The notes under the pieces: generated by a model | Database searches by the model: none | What the model was told of the DNA's origin: nothing | What the model saw: the letters and a program-made list of their open reading frames with translations, nothing else | Origin: Selaginella moellendorffii | Taxonomy: Eukaryota > Plantae > Lycopodiophyta | Length of the DNA stretch: 9,946 nucleotides | Assembly (NCBI RefSeq): GCF_000143415.4 | Contig: NW_003314330.1 | Span: forward strand, 700,871 to 710,816 | Direction of reading: 5' to 3' | Made by a program: the position numbers and the translations under genes | In this document: positions 1-6,589 of the stretch, one piece after another | Numbering within the stretch: position 1 is the stretch's first letter | Layout: the number at the start of each line of letters is the position of its first letter

Positions 1-1075
1 CATAGGCAAAGTGCAATATCTTATTAATTATATTTTTTATTGTACTGCACCATAACAAGCATTGCTAAAGTCATTGATATCATTTTCATCTAATGTAAAA
101 CTATAAATAAGTATTTATAAAACTTAAGGATATTTTGCTAACTCCTCCACTTTTGGCATACACTAATTACATTTATCCTTTCATCTTGAGCATGAATGCT
201 TACACTATTGGTTGCAAGAGAGTAGTCTTATATTAATGGTTGAAACATTTCATGTATTAACATCTCAAATAAGGATATGCCATATTTTTCATGAGGGCTT
301 ATTATCCACAAATAAATAATTTGATAAAATGATTTGTTAGAAGGGGATGATGGCAAAGTATATGACTCTCAATTAGAATGTGATAGTGATTTACATCTCT
401 TTAGTATATTTATATCATGAAGTGCAAAATTTTATTGTTACTTCACCATATAAAGTCTTATATACTCATGATTCCATTTTGCCAATAAAATTGAGTTTAC
501 CTTTGTGATTGCTAGAAACTATTAACATTAGGTCATGGGATTAATATTTAATAAGCATTCCTCATATAAAGAGATTACGAATAAATTACACTACTTATAT
601 ATCCACCAATGCCTTATTTTCCCAACCTATCAACTAAAGAACATTAATTATTTTCAATCCTTTTGAGAAAAGGGGACAGTATAAGGGTAAGTGTATAGTT
701 GTTTATTATTAAAGTTAACTATATATATCTAGGATATTATTATAGTTAATGTATCCTAGACTTAAAAACTATGCTTAATCTAGTTTCCCTTAATACCTTT
801 GGTTTTCCAACCATTTCTGATTATAAAAATAGTGGCTTAGAAAATTTGCTTGACTCTAATACTGGAAAAATAGTCATTTATCAACTAGTATCATTAGTAG
901 TGAGATCTCTTTGGGATCACTATTTAAATGTGGAGAAAATTGAGAGTGAGTTAAAAAATTGAGTCAATTGTAATTTGACATATATAAACATTTTATTACA
1001 CTAAAAATAGTCTATGGCATTGTATGGTACGTGAGGATTAATTTAATTAAACTAGTAATTAGAGAAATTTAATAC

Positions 1076-1135
1076 ATGTATATATATAAATATATATAAA
1101 AAATATAAAAATAGTATAGTTAAATATAATAATAA
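1076..1135. repeat. AT-rich low-complexity / short (TA)n tract
   Basis: atgtatatatataaatatatataaaaaatataaaaatagtatagttaaatataat... Confidence 0.6.
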
Positions 1136-1892
1136 TGGTATATTTATTATCAATAACTAGTAATCAAATGAAAAAATATTTCAGCTCATTTTTAATACTA
1201 TTTAGGTATTCTTTGAGTGGGTTTTAATTTTGCCACTCAAGGAACTTAAGTTTGACATATATTTTAGAGTATTTTTATTTTAAAATAATTTTTAATAAAA
1301 CGAATTTTAGATTGCATTCTATGAATATTTCTCAATAAAATTAATTAAAATTAAATTATATCCTCTAAATATTGTAATATATTTTTTACATATAAAAATT
1401 AATAAATAAAGCTTACTTCTTTTATTTTTCATTAAGCTTGAGACGAGTGGGTCCCTAAAATACTACCTCGATAGAGATGATATTGTATTAACTGCCAGAT
1501 CATCAATAAAGCTGAGATAATTTTTTCTATCATCTTATTATAGTATTTTAATTTATTAAAATATGTTGTTACAAATTAAGTTTTATATAATATAAACTTC
1601 TTTTATTATGCTTTATGACTTAGCCAATTGTTAGCTTTTGAGAAAAAGATCTTAATAGCTAAGTTACAACTTAAAAAACTATAAATATATGTCAGGTAGT
1701 AATTTCAAGTCATTTGTGTAGTGTCACCTACACAAAGTTTTGCGTTTCATAATCTTAAATGACATTGATTCACCAAGCTTAAATCTTATTTTATATCATT
1801 TAAGACTTATGTTTAAAATAATATTTTCTATCTTCTTGATATTATTCATAAAATTTACTATTTTAACTATAAATTTTTTTCTACAAAATAGT

Positions 1893-2711
1893 ATGACAAT
1901 TGAGAGTGTTAATTTAATTATTCTTGCTCTTGAATTAATGATTAATAACACTGAATCTGGAGAGTTACCAAAAGGTCAAAGTATGCAATATGATTATACT
2001 ATACCAGATGATATATATGGTCCTTTAAGCATGACAAATCAAATATGGATTTATAGTTCAAATGGAAAATCTATTGATACAACTTGTGGAGCAAATCTTG
2101 TTGAATATGAACACGATGATGGTGATAATGTAAGACATAGATTGACTACTCTATTAAATTTATATCATAATCGTATTCTAAATTTGCGTGCAAGATTTGT
2201 TAGAATAGTGTTTGGTTCTTATGCTATTGAGTTTATGGAAAAGAATTCTGCACATAGATTACCACAAATTCAAAATACTATATTCAATAATTTACATGAT
2301 TGTAGAATTGATCTCACTACTTTAATTAGTAATATGCCTTACAATTCCTTAAAAGCTACTGAATTTTTATTATCACCAAATAAGAAAGCTTATTTATATT
2401 TACATTTAAATTGCATTCTTGCTTTATATGTAAGAAATGTTATAAAATGGTATAAAGGATCTTCAAATTTTAAAAACTGTGAATTTAAGATAGAAATGGA
2501 TGGGAATATTGTACTGTATTCTGATAATTCAATTATGGTTTGGTCTCCTAATATATATTGTAATAAGAAGAGAAATTGTGATATAGTAAAAACATTTCTT
2601 TCTCTTCAAAGTGACTGTAATTTGGTATTATATGAATCCCATCAAAAAACATTTTTAAAACATCCTAAATTGAAGGTATTGTGGGCTTCAAATACAAACC
2701 CATGCAATTAA
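1893..2711 (+). CDS. Intronless chimeric lectin: unknown N-terminal domain + C-terminal bulb-type (GNA-related) mannose-binding lectin domain, 272 aa (300 aa if ATG 1809 is used)
   Basis: The frame is open 1740-2711 in ~25% GC DNA (hand count of two sample lines), and nearly all third codon positions are A/T. The C-terminal ~120 aa (2343-2708) shows three B-lectin repeats: HLNCILALY (2403-2429), EMDGNIVLY (2493-2519) and canonical QxDxNxVxY QSDCNLVLY (2607-2633). These are followed by W motifs (KWY, VWSPN, LWASNT). The track start at 1740 is a TTG; in-frame ATGs are at 1809 and 1893, and the true start is uncertain. Confidence 0.82.
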   Translation: MTIESVNLIILALELMINNTESGELPKGQSMQYDYTIPDDIYGPLSMTNQIWIYSSNGKSIDTTCGANLVEYEHDDGDNVRHRLTTLLNLYHNRILNLRARFVRIVFGSYAIEFMEKNSAHRLPQIQNTIFNNLHDCRIDLTTLISNMPYNSLKATEFLLSPNKKAYLYLHLNCILALYVRNVIKWYKGSSNFKNCEFKIEMDGNIVLYSDNSIMVWSPNIYCNKKRNCDIVKTFLSLQSDCNLVLYESHQKTFLKHPKLKVLWASNTNPCN

Positions 2712-2979
2712 TTGTAATTTATTTGCTATGCCCTTTGCAAATTGAGAGAAAACTGTGATAATTTGTGTCAACAATTCTCAAAAGAAATAAAAACTCTACC
2801 TACTTCAATTTCTCCCTTAGAGAAACTCCTTAATAATCGGTTTCTAAATTTTTTGAGATGTAGTTGAGCTCTATTTTCCCTAGAAAGTATTTTCAGGTTC
2901 TGTATAGATTTGCAGTTTAAGGGTAATTTTGAAGTTAAAAGTGAAGAACCCTAGAAATATTTCTCTTTCGATTCTAACG

Positions 2980-3526
2980 CTACATTCTCACGGCGATCGG
3001 GCTGCGCACAACGTGCACTCCATCTTCCCAGGTGAGATCCGAGAAGCTTCCATTTCGGCGCTTGGGGATCCGCCGTTATGGATCCCTTGGCGGAGACGAT
3101 GACGCTGTAGGTCAGCTTCTGTCCGGCGCTTGTGAAGCTCAGCTTGCTGGGAGATCGAGATTCCTTTGGCGCTTCCAACGGAAGCGGTGTAGGTCGCGCT
3201 GGGATTTCCCACATTGGTCACTGTCCTCTCCACCGTCTTGCTGGATCCATCCAAGAGGACTGCGATGGAGGGATAGTTGAGGCTGAAAGAGGTGTCGTTC
3301 TTGGGGCATTTGCTGCTACTGTCGCCTGTGATGTTTTGGATTTGCTTGGAGGTATAGCCCGAGTTACAGAGATAGGTGATATAGTCGAGAGGATCAGTGT
3401 CGTAGACTAGTCCTGGATCGACTGCTTTTGCTGGTTGGATCTCACCGTTTCCAACGTCGAAAACAGTCGCTGCCTTGTTAGTGCTTGGATCGATGATTGT
3501 TTTGTTGGTGTTGTCTTTGGTGATAG
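2980..3526 (-). CDS. Subtilase last exon (end of S8 + Fn3-like domain), with two frameshifts
   Basis: Homology runs through all three frames: ...DPGLVYD...LNYPSI...RTVTNVG...GISIS / [20 protein letters not shown]...PKW / [22 protein letters not shown], with TAG at 2982-2980. Confidence 0.85.
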
Positions 3527-3579
3527 CTGCCAAGAACACTCTTGAGTCTCCAGTTTTATTTTGTTTTCTCTCGACTTAC

Positions 3580-3790
3580 CTGTGGTCATGACTGCTGATT
3601 TGATCGCCGCAGGACTCCATGTTGGGTGAATGGATTTCAAGTAAGCGATGGTGCCACTGACGTGAGGGCACGCCATGGAAGTTCCAGAGAGAAAAGTGTA
3701 CTCCACGAACACTTCCTTTCCATTGTCAGTGTCGGGGATATTGCTTGGCCAAGCTGCTAAGATCTCGACTCCTGGAGCGGTAACGTCCGG
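3580..3790 (-). CDS. Subtilase exon with catalytic Ser (PDVTAPG...SGTSMACPH...[13 protein letters not shown])
   Basis: 211-nt exon, TTGCAG acceptor ending at 3791, GTAAGT donor at 3579. Confidence 0.9.
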
Positions 3791-3838
3791 CTGCAACGCG
3801 AGATAAGTCACAAGCTTCATGGTATGTCTTTTGAGTAC

Positions 3839-3947
3839 CTTGATGATATCCGGACTGATTGTGTGTGGACCTCTTGACGAAAACTCCGCTACGACAGGTG
3901 CTGGCTTGTAAGGAATCGTTGTTCCTCTGAGAATTCGTGATTTACGA
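3839..3947 (-). CDS. Subtilase exon ([36 protein letters not shown]), absent from the ORF track
   Basis: 109-nt exon, TGCAG acceptor ending at 3948, GTACT donor at 3838; FSSRGP motif. Confidence 0.87.
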
Positions 3948-4011
3948 CTGCACAGAAACCACGAGGCCGAGAGTAAGTTTCCATCACCTTTTGATCATCT
4001 GTTATACTTAC

Positions 4012-4506
4012 TTGGCTGCTATTTTAGCATCCTCGTTGATCTCCCTGTCGATTGTACTGGCACCGACTGTGAAGATCCAGGGAGCACCGTTGGACACCGA
4101 TCCAGTAAATGGTCCAGAGTTTCCACCAGCGCAAGAGACCATGATCCCTCTTTCGACGGCGTGATAGGCACCAATCGCAATGACGTCTACGCTGTAAACT
4201 GCGGGATAGCCTCCGAGTGAGATGGACAGGACATCCACGCCGTCGTTGATGGCATCGTCGAAACCCGCAGCGATGTCAACCTCCTCGCAGCTATCCGTCC
4301 AGCAGACTTTGTACATGGCGATCCGAGCATTTGGAGCTCCTCCTCGGGCCGTGCCAGGAGCGAGTCCTCTCTTACTCGCGTGTGGAACCAGGCTTCCAGC
4401 AGCTGTCGACGACGTATGAGTTCCATGTCCAACCGAGTCTCTCGAGTTCTTGTATGGACCCGTCGAGACTTTCGCTCCGTTATAGTATCTGGCTCCAACG
4501 AGCTTC
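4012..4506 (-). CDS. Subtilase exon with catalytic His and oxyanion Asn (KLVGARYY...HGTHT...GNSGP...TVGASTIDRE)
   Basis: CAG acceptor at 4509-4507, GTAAGT donor at 4011; lies within ORF 4008..4529. Confidence 0.9.
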
Positions 4507-4564
4507 CTGGTAAGGAGTTCAATCATCACTTTAGTCTAATCTTGTGGCAAACTCTAACACGTAC

Positions 4565-4685
4565 TTGTTGCAGTTGACAGTCTCATTGGCTTTGGTGCCT
4601 GGTGGATTGACGCAAGTTCCTTTCCAACGAGCTGGCACAGGTCCCATGTCGGTGTCCTTGAAACTCTCCGACTCTGGCCAGATTC
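4565..4685 (-). CDS. Subtilase exon (IWPESESFKDTDMGPVPARWKGTC...NCNK), absent from the ORF track
   Basis: Manual translation of the minus strand gives the canonical IWPES...WKGxC...CN segment. GTACG donor at 4564; the upstream acceptor reads TAA rather than TAG. Confidence 0.87.
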
Positions 4686-4741
4686 TTACGCACAGTGCAA
4701 GTAAGCACATTGAGCTTTTCCGAGCGAGTTTTGTAAGTTAC

Positions 4742-4891
4742 CTGTGTCCAGAAGCCCGACGATCACGTCAGTACTTGGAGATCCAGCGTGACTGCTTTTG
4801 GCAGGCATGGCCAGGCCGAGGAAATCCCACGAGTGCGTTGTCAGTGAATGGAGCGTTTTGCTGGGATAGATGTTGAGGACCTCAGGCATTC
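4742..4891 (-). CDS. Subtilase exon, prodomain junction to catalytic Asp (MPEV...TTHSWDFLG...GLLDTG)
   Basis: TAG acceptor at 4894-4892, GTAAC donor at 4741; conserved motifs present. Confidence 0.87.
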
Positions 4892-4918
4892 CTACACAGT
4901 GGTCTGTTAAGCAATGAC

Positions 4919-5010
4919 TGGAGATTGTTTCGGCCTCTTGTTCAGTCAGGTATGCCGAGAATCCACTGAAGGCATACTTATAGCTGAAGATGATGGACGA
5001 GTGAGCATTC
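4919..5010 (-). CDS. Subtilase exon, I9 prodomain (NAHSSIIFSYKYAFSGFSAYLTEQEAETIS)
   Basis: 92-nt exon preceded by a 66-nt GT..AG intron (5076-5011); typical I9 motif SYxxAFSGFSAxLT. Confidence 0.85.
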
Positions 5011-5731
5011 CTAATGATGGAAGACAAATTCTCGGAAGCGTGAGCCTTGCCAAGGCACAAAAGGAATCGATGAAACCTTCCAACAGCTCTGGCAAGTATG
5101 TTAACTATTGACAATGTGGTAGGAGTTTGGTGCTCTTTTGGTAGTGCATTTATAAGTATATTGGATACTTCTTAGTTGAGTTGCATACAAGTGAGATAAA
5201 AATGGGATTACAACTTTTATTGTCATCCATTTATGAAGTGCAAAATGGATGATCAAATGTTAACTCATTCTCTTAATCTTAAAAGTGTGTGGTTTATCTA
5301 AAATGTTCGTTCTTAGTTAGAAGGGATTATATGGAGTGTTATAGCAAATTGGGTTGCAAGTTTATAAAGTTTGACATAAAATTTAATAGGTTGGGCCTAT
5401 CAAATAAAGAACTTTAGTTATTTTCCATTTTTCTAAATGAAAGGGATGTTATAACGTTCAAATTTATGGCTATGATGTGTTGTATACTATTATTAGTGTA
5501 AAGGAATTTTGATATTCATACTCTTAGGTTAACATGAATATGCATATTTCTATATTTAGGGCCTTTACATTTTATAAAGATGTTTGAAATAAGTAGTACT
5601 ACTCAAACTTAATGACATTTAGCCTTAAAAATTTTAAAACTTTTAACTGATTCGAAAAAAAAAAAGCATTTTTGGGGGTTTTTTTTTATATATTTGAACC
5701 CATATGGATCATCTATTGAGTTGTTCTCTTT

Positions 5732-6580
5732 TGTAACACACGTGGTTTTTACCCTTTATCCTATGGTGATTTACTAGCCTCCTTTAGTATTAGGAGTTAG
5801 TCTCTAGGACAAACTCAAAACTTACTAAATATGGAATGCCCCTAGATCGTGAATTTGAACACAGGACGAACACCATTGTATTCAAGCCAATCTTTACATT
5901 CTGTAGATATGCTAAATGAACGAATCCAGACACTTTCCATAAATAGTATTTAGGACAAAAATGAGACTAATACAAATAGCGAGGGTGTTTGGCAAACACA
6001 GTAAGCTATTATCCAGCGATATTGAGGGACTAATCTTAATATGCGAGGGTTCTTGTTACTAGCAAGTGCAAGATAAAACGAGACAGGAATTATTTACTAG
6101 GCTAAGTATGCTTAGTTAATAGCACGTAAGAATTCCGTCCTTATGCTCGTCTGGTCTAAGTACACTAGAAATGCCTAGTTAACTCCACTAGCACAAGAGG
6201 GACTGATAAAGGGTCCAACAATACTGACCTCTTGCCATCGTGGCAGTAAAGAAAGAGTGTCCGTAAGGATTGGCTGATAGATAACTTTCGATACCCAAAG
6301 TCACATTCGCGACACTCTCCCCCCTAGGGAAGATCGATGTCCTCGTCGATGCATACTCGAGTCTAGAATACCGCCAAGGAAACAACTCTAGAAAAAGTTC
6401 GCGGTATTCACACTAGGTGAGAAATGCATTAACTTAAATGAGTTAGGAGGCAACCTCTTTGTCTAACATGGATGTGCTATCACTTAGACACCTTTTGACT
6501 GTTGCTAATAAGGAAATGACCAATGGAGTCAACCACCCTTGCTGCTCTAGGTGTCACCCAGCTTACAAAAGTGTGATACA
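5732..6580 (-). mobile_element. Probable long terminal repeat (3' LTR of a minus-strand LTR retrotransposon), 849 bp
   Basis: Starts TGTAACACAC (5732-5741) and ends GTGTGATACA (6571-6580): TG...CA termini with a 9/10 inverted match. GC rises at the left edge, there is no long ORF, and a PPT-like tract abuts the right end. The second LTR is not in the window, so this is unconfirmed. Confidence 0.62.
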
Positions 6581-6589
6581 CCCCTACCT
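6581..6589 (-). other. Polypurine-tract-like sequence (AGGTAGGGG on minus) adjoining the LTR
   Basis: Plus strand cccctacct follows ...GATACA directly, giving AGGTAGGGG|TGTATCACAC on minus, the geometry expected of a PPT before a 3' LTR. The tract is short and has one pyrimidine. Confidence 0.5.

Larger units (their letters stand above)
2980..5100 (-). pseudogene. Plant subtilisin-like serine protease (subtilase, S8A; partial I9 prodomain, S8 catalytic domain, Fn3-like tail), 5'-truncated and disrupted
   Basis: Spliced model (minus): ~5100-5077, 5010-4919, 4891-4742, 4685-4565, 4506-4012, 3947-3839, 3790-3580, 3526-2980, with consistent intron phases. Motifs: SYKYAFSGFSAYLT (I9), LTTHSWDFLG (maturation site), GLLDTGIWPES (Asp), GHGTHTSSTAAG (His), AGGNSGP (oxyanion Asn), [23 protein letters not shown] (Ser), [22 protein letters not shown]. 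Lesions: no start codon or signal peptide, AA instead of AG acceptor at 4687-4686, frameshifts near 3150 and 3049, no PA domain. Family identity is near certain; pseudogene status is likely but assembly errors are not excluded. Confidence 0.88.

Noticed and set aside
728-784. 9-bp inverted repeat TCTAGGATA/TATCCTAGA with CTAG-T at 780-784 as a Helitron 3' end
   Set aside because: AT-rich stem, 15-nt loop and ~19-nt spacing fit the usual Helitron end poorly.
771-962. 63-aa ORF as a stand-alone gene
   Set aside because: Short, with no recognisable motif; kept only as part of a low-interest relic hypothesis.
999-1012. CACTAAAAATAG as the left partner of the CACTA-like end at 5146
   Set aside because: Poor match beyond CACTA, and its flank (TTA) does not match CAT.
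1740-1808. Track start of the 323-aa ORF at 1740
   Set aside because: It is a TTG codon. In a eukaryotic context ATG 1809 or 1893 is more plausible.
3032-5111. Plus-strand ORFs 3032, 3132, 3937, 4222, 4331, 4380, 4544, 4914 and minus ORF 4187..4522
   Set aside because: Antisense or alternate-frame shadows of the GC-rich subtilase exons.
2951-5114. Minus ORFs 2951, 2988, 3407, 4008 and 4686 as separate genes or an operon
   Set aside because: They are exons and frameshifted pieces of one spliced subtilase.
5654-5690. A-run / G5 / T-run as a terminator or retrocopy tail
   Set aside because: Simple homopolymers with no target duplication or linked element; prokaryotic terminators do not apply here.
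6188-6385. 65-aa minus ORF
   Set aside because: Non-ATG start, lies inside the putative LTR, and has no motif.
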